A stretch of 64,000 bases of DNA, from the NCBI GenBank assembly GCA_965227295.1, contig OZ245742.1:3296001-3360000 (forward strand), read 5' to 3'. Origin of the DNA: Leptonemataceae bacterium (GTDB lineage Bacteria; Spirochaetota; Leptospiria; Leptospirales; Leptonemataceae). The translations under genes and the position numbers were made by a program. Within the stretch, counting starts at the first letter, position 1, and every line of letters begins with the position of its first letter. This document shows, piece after piece, positions 37,179-46,885 of the stretch. Under the pieces are notes generated by a model that was not told the DNA's origin, made no database searches, and saw only the letters and a list, made by a program, of their open reading frames with translations.

Positions 37179-38948
37179 CTATGCTAACTCCATGCCGGCG
37201 TCGGTTAAGACGACTTCAATCATGCCGCCGCCGCCCGCGCCGGCGTAACAACCGCCGTAAATCAATCCGGCCTCTTCGAGTTCTTGAAAGAGTAGTTCGA
37301 CCTTCGGATTCGTCGTGCCCGGATCGATGCGTGTGCGCAGCCAGCGGTACTCGCTCAGGAGCGTTCCCAGTTGTTTCCAGTTACGCTCTTGCAGGGCCGT
37401 GACGATGTCGTCGTGCATGCGAATCGATGCGAGCATGGCCGCGCAGGGTTTCGCCTCGCCCAGGAAGAAGGCCGCGGCACGAACGTTCAGTCGGCTGAAC
37501 GCCCCGGTATCTTTCGGACGCGGCATGGTGTAAACATAAGCGAGGCGACGGCTCAGCTCAAGGGCGTCGACGCCGGTGAGCGCGCCGAGATCGCGGATAC
37601 GCAGTTCCGGGAGTTGCCGTCGGTTCGGCGGCAGGAGGCGGACCTCGTTCAGTCCACCCTTGAGCCCGAAGGCGTCCTGAAATCCGGAGCGACGGCCGAC
37701 CCAGTTTTCGAACAGACAGGCGATCCAGAATATATCCGGCTGATGTAAAAATTGATTCTGTCCGGAAATTGCATACAGGCAGTGCAGGCCGAGCAGGGCG
37801 ACGGCGCTGCTGGAAGAAAAACCGGCGCCCGTGGGGCCGGTGTTGAATGATTCAAAGGCCAGGCCCCGGAAGCCGCGGCTTCCCGCGAAGTCTCGCAGGT
37901 CCTGGAGCACGGGATGGTCTCCGTGTTGCGGCGGCCGCAGGCAGGTGTCGTCCGCCCGGTACGGATCACAGCGCACGATGCCGCTGAAACAGAGCAGGGC
38001 TTTGAGAAAATAGACCGGGTCCTCGTTGCCCTCCGTATCACGGTACTGCGGCGCAAAGACCTGGGCGGCGGTGATGTCTTTCCCGGGCACACAAAAGAAC
38101 GTGCGAACGAAGTCCGGGCCGGCGCTGCCCGGGTCCAGAGGAATCTCCCGTCGGTGTTCCCGGCCGTCAAAGACGGCGTGCATACGCAGCAGGGGTTCGT
38201 CGATGCCGCGGATGCGCAGGCGCACGTTGGGCGGGAACTGCTGCGTGTTAACATCATTGGATGTGGAGTTAAGATCGTAAAAATAATCCGGCGGTTCGTC
38301 CGGGCCGCCGCTCACGCCGCCGTCGTTGGGTCGGACCTCGTAGATGGTGAGGCGATCCAGGCCGATGCGCGCTTTCAGTTCGTTCAGGAGAAATTGATCG
38401 AATCTTCGCACTTGCGATGGTTGTTCGGACAGACTGCGTACGTTTGCGTTGAAATTCACGGCCACCCCGCCCGGTGCCTCCGCATCGCGGTTGATTGTCG
38501 CCGCCGCAAGGTTGTCCGAGGCGTTGCCGCTGTGCAGCGGGGCCCGCAACCCGGCCACCGCATAGAAGGAGTCGGCCTGCATGGCGGGCCGTGTTTGCCT
38601 GGAAGGCCGCATGATTTCGCGCATGACCTCGAAGAAGTACGCCGTCTCCCATTGCGCGGCCTGTTCTTCCAGTTCCCGTGAACGTTCCGGTGCATCTTCC
38701 GCACGATGCAGGGCCGCGAGAAGATAACACAGGCGTTCGCGCCACAGCGGCAGGAATTCGCGGCCGATCCGGGAAAGGAGCGGCTCTAACTCTGAATCAG
38801 TGCGTGTTAGTAGCTGTTCCAGTTCCCCAATGCATACCTGGCGATCAACCCTGGAATCATGTTCCAGGAACGGGGCGAGACTCCGCGAAAAACACTGCTC
38901 TCCGAGGAGCAACGCCGTGAGTTCCGCCGTCTCAGAACGATCGGGCAT
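37179..38948 (-). CDS. GHMP-family sugar kinase (HddA/fucokinase/uronokinase-like) with N-terminal extension
   Basis: PTGAGFSSSSA, SGFQD..GGLN, GAGGGG; motif-I-like RAPL..SDN. Confidence 0.8.
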   Translation of the reverse strand: MPDRSETAELTALLLGEQCFSRSLAPFLEHDSRVDRQVCIGELEQLLTRTDSELEPLLSRIGREFLPLWRERLCYLLAALHRAEDAPERSRELEEQAAQWETAYFFEVMREIMRPSRQTRPAMQADSFYAVAGLRAPLHSGNASDNLAAATINRDAEAPGGVAVNFNANVRSLSEQPSQVRRFDQFLLNELKARIGLDRLTIYEVRPNDGGVSGGPDEPPDYFYDLNSTSNDVNTQQFPPNVRLRIRGIDEPLLRMHAVFDGREHRREIPLDPGSAGPDFVRTFFCVPGKDITAAQVFAPQYRDTEGNEDPVYFLKALLCFSGIVRCDPYRADDTCLRPPQHGDHPVLQDLRDFAGSRGFRGLAFESFNTGPTGAGFSSSSAVALLGLHCLYAISGQNQFLHQPDIFWIACLFENWVGRRSGFQDAFGLKGGLNEVRLLPPNRRQLPELRIRDLGALTGVDALELSRRLAYVYTMPRPKDTGAFSRLNVRAAAFFLGEAKPCAAMLASIRMHDDIVTALQERNWKQLGTLLSEYRWLRTRIDPGTTNPKVELLFQELEEAGLIYGGCYAGAGGGGMIEVVLTDAGMELA

Positions 38949-40251
38949 GTCTCCATCCCGTGGGGCGAGGGTTGACTTCCAGAATCACGAAGTCGATCCC
39001 GTGGTTGCCCTGGACCGGCTCGAGGTCTACGCCGGCCACCGCCAACTGTCCGGCCTGGCTTTCCGGGGCCGTGTTGATCGCCTGAAGCGCGGCCCTGGCG
39101 AGGTCCCGGCCGCGTTGCCTGGCGTCGTCGTTGAGCAGATGGCGAACGTCGTCTGCGTCCAGCCGGCGGATGCTCCCGCCGTTGGACGTAATCGAGCCCG
39201 GTGTGCCGATCATCCAGAAGCCGCTGCACTGGCCGTGCGGATCCACGTTCAACCGCAGCGTCAGGCGCCGACCGTCCGGGCGGATGCCGTCGCCGATCTC
39301 AGGGCGCACGATCCAGTCGCCGGCGGGGAGGCTCACTTCGCTTAAGTTATCTTTTTCGAGATCTAAGAGTCGGTGGTTCCGACCCTCCGTGCCGTACCGC
39401 GGTTGCAGCCGGAAAAGAGAGGACTCTCCGGCTTGCCGTAGTTGCTGTGGGGACGCGGGCCAGAGCCATGCCGGAGGCGCCGGGAGGCCGGCCCGGGCTA
39501 AGGTTTCGCCGGTACGTAGTTTGTCCTCGGCCAGGGCGGCGGCGGAGGCGGGCGCGCCGCTACGAAGTTCATACCCGTTCTCCTGACGAACGCCGGCCGC
39601 ACGCAGGACGGCGCTCCAGCGTGCGTGTTCTCTCGACTCGTTGCGACTCAGTGCCAGGAAACGTGCGCTCTGCGGCAGGAGCGGCGTTTGCAGGGGGATT
39701 TCGATCAGTTCTTCGAAGGACGGTCCGTAGAAGATGCCGCGTTCCAGGCGACCGTCGGCGCGGATCCATGATGTGAGCGCGGCTACGATACCGCAGTTCG
39801 AACGGCGGCGATGTTCAAGCTGCATGATCGGAAAGATTTCGTCGAGGAGGCCGGCGGTGTCGTCGGCGATGAGGACTAATATTTGGGACGTAGAACTCAG
39901 TCCGTCGATGCGGGCCGGCGGATCGGCCGGGGCCGGGACGATTTGCAGTTCCGGCGTGCCGGGCTCCGGTGCGGACCAGAGTTCGGACAGGGTCGTCTCC
40001 ACAATGCGCCGGCGGTACAGCGGATCGGCGTTTTCGCATTGCCGTTGCAGGGCGTCCGTGAGAAATGCTTCGGCGTATCCGAGATCGTCGCGGATGTCCT
40101 GCAACGGCAATGCGGCCGCCAGGTCCATGAGCTGAAGTTTGAGAACGACCGCCTGGTGTTCCTCGCGAAGATCCTCCACGGACGTGAGGCCCAGACGTTC
40201 GGCGGCCGCATCCGCGAAACTGAGGGCGTCCTGGGACGGAGGCGAGTTCAC
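38932..40251 (-). CDS. ATP-grasp fold protein
   Basis: EDKLRTGETLARAGLPAP, QPRYGTEGRN, LRLNV, AGVDL, ILEVNPRP. Confidence 0.8.
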   Translation of the reverse strand: MNSPPSQDALSFADAAAERLGLTSVEDLREEHQAVVLKLQLMDLAAALPLQDIRDDLGYAEAFLTDALQRQCENADPLYRRRIVETTLSELWSAPEPGTPELQIVPAPADPPARIDGLSSTSQILVLIADDTAGLLDEIFPIMQLEHRRRSNCGIVAALTSWIRADGRLERGIFYGPSFEELIEIPLQTPLLPQSARFLALSRNESREHARWSAVLRAAGVRQENGYELRSGAPASAAALAEDKLRTGETLARAGLPAPPAWLWPASPQQLRQAGESSLFRLQPRYGTEGRNHRLLDLEKDNLSEVSLPAGDWIVRPEIGDGIRPDGRRLTLRLNVDPHGQCSGFWMIGTPGSITSNGGSIRRLDADDVRHLLNDDARQRGRDLARAALQAINTAPESQAGQLAVAGVDLEPVQGNHGIDFVILEVNPRPTGWRHARSF

Positions 40252-40257
40252 GAGGCG

Positions 40258-40286
40258 AAGCTGCTTTCGGGGAGCGCCGGTGTCAA
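40258..40286 (-). promoter_or_regulatory. Candidate sigma70 promoter of the ATP-grasp/kinase/TRAP operon
   Basis: Minus strand TTGACA-N17-CAGCTT, ending 6 nt before the GTG at 40251; -10 box is weak. Confidence 0.35.
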
Positions 40287-40362
40287 GCAGGTGCGCCGGG
40301 GCGCAAAACTTTCTTGCGCGCTCTCACCGAACTGATACTTAGTTTTTCGTGAGGAATACTTA

Positions 40363-41520
40363 ATGAGCAATGTGACGAAAAAGTTTCTGGAATCGATGCA
40401 GTATGAGACCGATCCGCCCGCGGACGAAGCCGTCCGCGCGATCATGGCCGGCGGTGAAGGCGAAAAAATTCGCATCAACGAACTCTTCGATAAGCTCATT
40501 ACGACCCGCGATCCCCTGCCGGCCGGCCTGCCGCCCGCCGCGGAAAAGTTCTTCGAGGAATCCGTGCAGTTGCCGGATTGGGCCGATCCCGCGCTCATCA
40601 AACGCGGCGAAGAACTCTTCGGAACTTACGGACCACCCATTGTGCTCATGCTCTTCTGCCGTGCGCTGCCCTTCGGCTACGCCGCGCCGCGGGCCGCGGA
40701 GGTCATGGTAACGACCGGTCGCCTGGTAGAACACCAGCGCGGTAAGAATCGCCTGGATGCGCTGAACCGGCGCATCCTGGAAACGGCGCAATTCATTCTG
40801 AACGTTATGGCCCGGGGCGGTCTCGGCCCGGACGGCAGCGGCATTCGCACCACGCAAAAGGTGCGGCTCATCCACGCGTCCATTCGCTATTACATCAAAC
40901 AAAAGGGCGACTGGGACACCGAAGAGTACGGCGAGCCGGTAAATCAATTGCTGCTCGCGGCGACGTCGTTGTGTTTCTCCATCGTGAGCATCGACGGCCT
41001 GGCGAAGGTCGGTATCAAATTGGACGAGGACGAACAGCGGGCTTACCTGCACTGCTGGAACGTCGTCGGTCATGTCCTGGGAATCCGCGACGAGCTCGTG
41101 GCCCACGAACCCGCCGAAGCCCGGGAGCTTTTTGATCGCATCTTCGCCATTCAGCGCGGCGCTTCTCCGGCGGGGCGTGAACTTACGTCCTCGCTGGTGG
41201 ATTACATGAACTCGAAGTTCCCTTTCGATTTTATGAACACAATCCCGCCGTTTTTCATCAATAAACTGTGCGGCCACGACGTGGCGGAACTGCTCGGCGT
41301 GAAGTATCCCGACGACTGGGCCCTGAAACTGGTGCTCGCGGCCATGCGGGCGATCGATCCGGTGATCGATACCCTGGATCAGAACTCGGCTTTCTTTCGG
41401 AACCTTACGAACTTCATCAGCTTCCGCCTGTTGCAGGGTTTGATTCATTACTATAACGAGGAGAAGGAGATCGAGTTTGACATCCCGCCGTCTCTCAGGA
41501 AAGATTGGAACCTCGCGTGA
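40363..41520 (+). CDS. Oxygenase MpaB/DUF2236 (latex-clearing-protein-like) family protein
   Basis: LPDWAD, RRILETAQF, KVRLIHASIR, GEPVNQ, YLHCWNVVGHVLGI. Confidence 0.85.
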   Translation: MSNVTKKFLESMQYETDPPADEAVRAIMAGGEGEKIRINELFDKLITTRDPLPAGLPPAAEKFFEESVQLPDWADPALIKRGEELFGTYGPPIVLMLFCRALPFGYAAPRAAEVMVTTGRLVEHQRGKNRLDALNRRILETAQFILNVMARGGLGPDGSGIRTTQKVRLIHASIRYYIKQKGDWDTEEYGEPVNQLLLAATSLCFSIVSIDGLAKVGIKLDEDEQRAYLHCWNVVGHVLGIRDELVAHEPAEARELFDRIFAIQRGASPAGRELTSSLVDYMNSKFPFDFMNTIPPFFINKLCGHDVAELLGVKYPDDWALKLVLAAMRAIDPVIDTLDQNSAFFRNLTNFISFRLLQGLIHYYNEEKEIEFDIPPSLRKDWNLA

Positions 41521-42680
41521 ACAGAGCGAATCATAAAAATCATTTAGCTTTCACCTGGCGTCGGCACGGGAGCCTGCTCGTTTTCCCGGCGCTGCTTGCG
41601 TTCGCCCCCGTTTGCCTGAGTGCCCAATCGGACGGCCTGGTGGAACTGCGGGAGCCGGACGTCGAGTTTTCCGATGAACGCGAGGAACGCATTCGCACGG
41701 GCCTCGCCGAAATCGAAGCTTACATCGAACGACGTCTGGCGGCCGGGGTGGCTCCCGGCGCCGGGGTTTCCATCGTCTACGGCGACGAGGTGATCTACAA
41801 AAAAGCCTTCGCGCAGCCGATCCAGCGCGAGTACTCGGTGCTCTCGTTTACGAAGACGTTCACGGCCCTGGGCATCCTGCAGCTCTACGAAGAAGGCCGC
41901 ATCAATCTCGACGAACCCGTCTCGACGTACCTGGGCGTCAACCTGGAGGACGGGCCGTTTCGCGAACGTCCCATTACCGTGCGGCACCTGCTCACGCATA
42001 CCTCCGGGATTCCCGACTCCGGCTCCCCGACGGCGGTGGCCCTGGCCTCGGGCACGCTCTACGTGCCGAAGCAAAAGTACGCGGCGGGCGAAAAGTTTCA
42101 GTACAGCAATCCCGGCTATCGGCTGCTCGGCGAGGTGCTCACCCGGGTGGCCGGTGAGTCGCTGCAGGCGTACTTGAATCGCGAAGTGCTCGCTCCGTTG
42201 GACATGCAGGCCACGCACTGGTCGGCGAAGGCCAACGGCGCGAGCGGCATGATCTCTTCCGTTGACGATCTTACCAACTACGTGCAGTTCCTGCTCGCCC
42301 GGGGCCGCTACAACGATCGGCGCCTGATCCGCGACGAAACCTATCGTTTGTTGTTCACCACGCCCACGGCCACGGCGCAGTGTCGTTACTCGGAGTATCG
42401 CGGCATTGCCTGGCGCATCCAAACATACGATCAGCGCATCTTACTGATGAACCACGCCGCCCTCGGCTGGGGCGTCGGCGGATTCATCCAGGCCTTTCCG
42501 GAGCACGGGATCGGCTTTGTGTTCCTGAGCAATCCGCGGACCTATAACACGGACGCGTTCATGGGCTTTTACAAGGACCTGCGCAATCGACTGAACGCCT
42601 TCGCCGCCGACGTCACGGACATGCCCATCGCGCCGGGCAGCGGGGAACTGCCGTGCGCCCTGGACACCGTTCCCTGGTGA
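41505..42680 (+). CDS. Serine hydrolase, beta-lactamase-related
   Basis: SFTK (SxxK), LLTHTSG, YSN; start uncertain. Confidence 0.88.
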   Translation: MEPRVNRANHKNHLAFTWRRHGSLLVFPALLAFAPVCLSAQSDGLVELREPDVEFSDEREERIRTGLAEIEAYIERRLAAGVAPGAGVSIVYGDEVIYKKAFAQPIQREYSVLSFTKTFTALGILQLYEEGRINLDEPVSTYLGVNLEDGPFRERPITVRHLLTHTSGIPDSGSPTAVALASGTLYVPKQKYAAGEKFQYSNPGYRLLGEVLTRVAGESLQAYLNREVLAPLDMQATHWSAKANGASGMISSVDDLTNYVQFLLARGRYNDRRLIRDETYRLLFTTPTATAQCRYSEYRGIAWRIQTYDQRILLMNHAALGWGVGGFIQAFPEHGIGFVFLSNPRTYNTDAFMGFYKDLRNRLNAFAADVTDMPIAPGSGELPCALDTVPW

Positions 42681-42716
42681 GAGGTTTGCGAATCCAACAC
42701 AGTACGGCTTGCGGGC

Positions 42717-43370
42717 TTACGAAAACCCGCCTGTGAACATGAACAGCACACCGCAGCACGCGGCGAACGTAATGAACGGCGGGGTCAGCCAGGTCATTAC
42801 CGCGCGGCCGCCGTTTTGTGAAAGGGTTGCGCGAAAGGCGGCGATGCACACGAAGCCCTCCCAGGCAAAGGCCAGCAGCACGATGAATCCCTGGATACCG
42901 GCGCGCACGGAAAGCACGGCGCTCATCTGTCCCTGCACGATCGCGGAGGGATCCATGGGTATGGCCGCGTTGATGGCGCCGAAAAGCGCCGAGACGAACA
43001 TCAACGGCAGCGCGGCCAGGGTGCCGATCCACAGCAACAGTGCGAAGGAACTCGCGTCACCGAGCAGTACGGTGAAGATGTAGCGCAGGGCGGCGCCCAC
43101 GAGCAACAGAATGATCCAGACGAACGGCAGATACAGCGCGGAGTAGGGCGATACCGGGACACTGCCGCCGGTGGCCAGCAGGGCGTTCACGGCATCGAAG
43201 TGAGCCTGGTTGATGAGCCCAAAGATCAACTGAAGTATAGTTAGCGGCAGCACCAGCAACGCTGCGGCGAGCGCGGCCTGTTTCAGGTCGACCGGCCGGT
43301 CCGGGCCGAAGTAGGTTGCCGGTTGCGTGAGGGCCTGTTTGGCGGATGTGATGGTTTCAGATAGGTTCAT
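42717..43370 (-). CDS. Yip1-like membrane protein
   Basis: LTQPATYF N-terminus and about five TM segments. Confidence 0.6.
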   Translation of the reverse strand: MNLSETITSAKQALTQPATYFGPDRPVDLKQAALAAALLVLPLTILQLIFGLINQAHFDAVNALLATGGSVPVSPYSALYLPFVWIILLLVGAALRYIFTVLLGDASSFALLLWIGTLAALPLMFVSALFGAINAAIPMDPSAIVQGQMSAVLSVRAGIQGFIVLLAFAWEGFVCIAAFRATLSQNGGRAVMTWLTPPFITFAACCGVLFMFTGGFS

Positions 43371-44085
43371 AGTATACAGTGCTTCCGTAAGATGTTTCGA
43401 TCATGAGGCGGCGGCGAGGATTGCCGTCGCCGTTCGAATGAAGGTCGATGAACGTCAGCGTCGCCCAGGAGCCGTCGCTCCGGGAGACGACGATGCGATT
43501 CTGAGTCCGGGCCGCGCGGGCGACGACATCCCGGCCCAGGCGGTGGACGCGGACGACCTCGATGACCGCGGGCCATTCCCGGGCCGGCATGCGTACCTCC
43601 ATGGAGCCCGCGACGATGAGCGTGTCGGATTTCAACACGGCCCGCGTTAAGCGCGGAGTTTCCGCGGTCGGGGCGATCTCCAGGACACGATCGGTTCCCT
43701 GGCTTTCGCGACGCAGGCGCAGTACGCCGGTGTCGGTTTTTGTTCCAGTTGCGAGCAGCGCCGGAATGTCGAAGGCGACGTTGCCGTTCGCGTCGAGGAA
43801 CAACCCGTTACCGATGTGCACCCCGGCTGCGGCGTACGGTAGGGGCACCGCGCGCGGATAACGAAAGCTGCGGCCGCTGGTGTCCACGTGGACGCTTTCT
43901 TCCTGCCGCACGTTGCGCAGCACTTCCACGCGCAACGTGCCGGCGTGAACCGGACGAGACAGCGACAGCGACAGCGGCTGCCACGCCTCGCGCTCGGCCG
44001 GCGCGGGTAGTTCCATGGGGGCCGTTCCGGCGCAGGCCGCGACGAGCAGGTGAAGGAGTAGGATGTTCCAGCGTCCGCGCATCAT
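43357..44085 (-). CDS. Hypothetical lipoprotein
   Basis: MMRGRWNILLLHLLVAAC lipobox-like start; the upstream part of the called ORF is antisense to lon. Confidence 0.6.
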   Translation of the reverse strand: MMRGRWNILLLHLLVAACAGTAPMELPAPAEREAWQPLSLSLSRPVHAGTLRVEVLRNVRQEESVHVDTSGRSFRYPRAVPLPYAAAGVHIGNGLFLDANGNVAFDIPALLATGTKTDTGVLRLRRESQGTDRVLEIAPTAETPRLTRAVLKSDTLIVAGSMEVRMPAREWPAVIEVVRVHRLGRDVVARAARTQNRIVVSRSDGSWATLTFIDLHSNGDGNPRRRLMIETSYGSTVYYEPI

Positions 44086-44172
44086 GCTTGCGGAGTCAGA
44101 TGTACACGGAAAGGCGGCGGCCGTCAACCTTAGTACTTGCGTTATTGCCGCGGAATTGTTTGCATTGAAATC

Positions 44173-46710
44173 ATGCAAGATGGTGATGTAAACGAAACCC
44201 AGGGCGACGAGTCGCTGCACGCCGAGTTCGTGGGCGGAGGACCCGGCGGTCTCGTTCTTTCTGACGATGTTCTGCCCGAGCGCATTCCCATCATTCCGCT
44301 CCAGCAGCGGCCGGTGTTTCCCGGAACCACCATGCCCCTGGAAATCTCCGACGTGCGCTTGCAGTCGGCCGTGGAGTTCTTGAAGAAGAGCGCTTCGAAG
44401 TACGTGGGCGTGGTCCTGGCGAAAGAGTACAACCAGGAGGCTCCCCTGGAATCCGAACTGCACGACATGGGTACGGTGCTGCGGATTTTGAAAATGGGCG
44501 GCGGTTCGGCGGAGGGCCAGGAGGACGGGCCGGTGCACTTGCTCTTTCATGGTGTGCGCCGCTTCCGGCTCCAGGAAAAGGTCCCCCACGATTCCGCGCT
44601 CATCTGGAAAGTTGAGTACTTTTACGATCCCGAGGGCCCGGAGATCAAGAAAGACGAGGAGCTGCAGGCCTACGTCATGGCCGTCATTAACTCCGTGAAG
44701 GAACTGCTCACGCTCAACCCGCTGTTCATGGAGCAACTCAAAATGCTCGTGGCCAATCTCTCCCACGACAAACCCGGGCTCATCTTCGATCTCATTGCTT
44801 CGATGACCACCTCCTCCGGCGAAAAACTCCAGGAGGTCCTCGCCACGATTCCCCTGCAACCGCGGGCGGAGCGGCTGTTAAGCATACTGCAAGAAGAGTT
44901 AAGCATCTTTCAGTTGCAACAGAAGATCAAGAAGTCCATCGAAGAGCGCATCTCCAAACAGCAGCACGAGTACTTTCTGCGCGAGCAGTTGAAGGAGATC
45001 AAAAAGGAACTCGGTCTGGAAAAGGACGAGAAGAGCCAGGAGATCGAGCGTTTCAAGGAACGCATTGAGAACGAGGAACTCACCGTACCGGAGGAAGCGC
45101 GCAAGCGCATCGAAGAAGAACTGAACAAACTCTCGGTGCTGGAACCGGCCTCGCCGGAGTACGGGGTCACCCGCAACTACCTGGACTGGCTGACGGTACT
45201 GCCCTGGGGGAAATTCACGAAAGATCATTACGACATCGCCGCGGCGCGTGAGGTTCTGGACCGGGACCACTTCGGCCTGGACGACGTGAAGGATCGCATT
45301 CTGGAATTCATCTCCGTGGGCAAAAAGACCGGCTCGCTGTCGGGTTCCATTCTATTGTTGGTGGGTCCGCCCGGCGTCGGCAAGACGTCCATCGGTCGTT
45401 CGGTGGCGGAGGCGTTGGGCCGGAAGTTCTATCGCTTTTCGTTGGGCGGCATGCGCGACGAGGCCGAGATCAAGGGCCACCGCCGGACGTACATCGGCGC
45501 CATGCCGGGCAAGTTCGTGCAGGCATTGAAGACCGTGGAATCGGCGAACCCGGTGATCATGCTGGACGAGGTCGACAAGATCGGTGCCTCGTTCCGCGGC
45601 GATCCGGCGTCGGCGTTGCTGGAGGTCCTGGACCCCGAGCAGAACAACAGCTTTCTCGATCATTACCTGGACGTGCCCTTCGATCTTTCGCGGGTCATGT
45701 TCATTGCCACCGCGAACCAGCTCGACACGATCCCCGGTCCGCTGCTCGACCGCATGGAGCTCTTAAAGTTGAGCGGGTACATCTTAAGAGAGAAGCGCGA
45801 GATTGCGAAGCGGTATCTGATCCCGCGGGCCCTGGAAGAACACGGCTTGAGCGAGAATGACGTAACAATTTCCGACGAAACATTAAACGCCGTCGTCGAA
45901 AATTACGCGCGCGAGGCCGGCGTGCGTAACCTGGAAAATAAGATCAAGAAAATCATGCGCAAACTCACGCTCCAGCACGCCGAGGGCGAAAGTGCTCCGC
46001 GGACGATCACGCCGGAGAACCTCGACGATTACCTGGGGCAACCGCCCATCAAAAACGAGGTCCGCTACGACCGCGACGTGCCCGGCGTCGTGAGCGGTCT
46101 CGCCTGGACGTCCATGGGCGGGGCGACGTTGTACATCGAGGCCCAGGGCGTGAAGACCGGCAAGGGCGGTTTCAAACAAACCGGTCAACTCGGCGACGTC
46201 ATGAAGGAATCCTCCGAGATCGCCTTCAGTTACGCGCGATCATTCCTGCGCAAACAGGGCGGCCACGGCGATTACTTCGACGATCACTTCGTGCACCTGC
46301 ACGTCCCGGCCGGTGCCACGCCGAAGGACGGACCGTCCGCCGGCATCACCATGGCGCTCGCGCTCTACAGCCTGGCCACGAACCGCCCGGTTCCGCGCAA
46401 CCTGGCCATGACCGGAGAGATCTCGTTGATCGGCAAGGTCATGCCCATCGGCGGCGTAAAAGAAAAGATCATCGCCGCGCGACGGGTGGGGATCGATCGC
46501 GTCATTTTGCCGGAGGACAATCGCAACGACTACGAGGACCTGCCGGATCATCTGCGCGAGGGCATGCACGTGGAGTATGCTTCGTACTTCGACGACGTCC
46601 TTAAGATTGCGTACAGTGAAGTTAAGAACGAAGCGGAGCCGCCGGCGGTCGAACGCGCCGGAGTGGCCCAGCCTTTACGAGATCAGGAGCGTAAGCGGGA
46701 TGATTGGTGA
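44173..46710 (+). CDS. lon: ATP-dependent protease La
   Basis: GPPGVGKTS, LDEVDK, HLHVPAGATPKDGPSAG, AMTGEISL, IGGVKEK. Confidence 0.98.
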   Translation: MQDGDVNETQGDESLHAEFVGGGPGGLVLSDDVLPERIPIIPLQQRPVFPGTTMPLEISDVRLQSAVEFLKKSASKYVGVVLAKEYNQEAPLESELHDMGTVLRILKMGGGSAEGQEDGPVHLLFHGVRRFRLQEKVPHDSALIWKVEYFYDPEGPEIKKDEELQAYVMAVINSVKELLTLNPLFMEQLKMLVANLSHDKPGLIFDLIASMTTSSGEKLQEVLATIPLQPRAERLLSILQEELSIFQLQQKIKKSIEERISKQQHEYFLREQLKEIKKELGLEKDEKSQEIERFKERIENEELTVPEEARKRIEEELNKLSVLEPASPEYGVTRNYLDWLTVLPWGKFTKDHYDIAAAREVLDRDHFGLDDVKDRILEFISVGKKTGSLSGSILLLVGPPGVGKTSIGRSVAEALGRKFYRFSLGGMRDEAEIKGHRRTYIGAMPGKFVQALKTVESANPVIMLDEVDKIGASFRGDPASALLEVLDPEQNNSFLDHYLDVPFDLSRVMFIATANQLDTIPGPLLDRMELLKLSGYILREKREIAKRYLIPRALEEHGLSENDVTISDETLNAVVENYAREAGVRNLENKIKKIMRKLTLQHAEGESAPRTITPENLDDYLGQPPIKNEVRYDRDVPGVVSGLAWTSMGGATLYIEAQGVKTGKGGFKQTGQLGDVMKESSEIAFSYARSFLRKQGGHGDYFDDHFVHLHVPAGATPKDGPSAGITMALALYSLATNRPVPRNLAMTGEISLIGKVMPIGGVKEKIIAARRVGIDRVILPEDNRNDYEDLPDHLREGMHVEYASYFDDVLKIAYSEVKNEAEPPAVERAGVAQPLRDQERKRDDW

Positions 46711-46736
46711 GATCCGGCGCGTTGTCCTGATGGACG

Positions 46737-46870
46737 TTGAGGGGGTAGCGGAGGACCGAAAGCCCACCGGCAGGGCTGCCCGGAGGGTGGCCCGGTCGCC
46801 GCAGGCGAGCCGGTGGGCGGTCGCGCGTAGCGCGATTCGGGCCGGAGCGAGGGGGAGCGAAGCTCCCCCC
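46737..46870 (+). repeat. Structured intergenic repeat, family B, copy 2
   Basis: Homologue of 18964-19100, with compensatory changes in the stems. Confidence 0.9.
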
Positions 46871-46885
46871 TTAACATATTCTTTC

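Noticed and set aside
46577..46885. N-terminal extensions of ORFs 46577-48277, 18989-21604 and 16737-19106
   Set aside because: They translate repeat family B or overlap neighbouring genes; better starts lie downstream.
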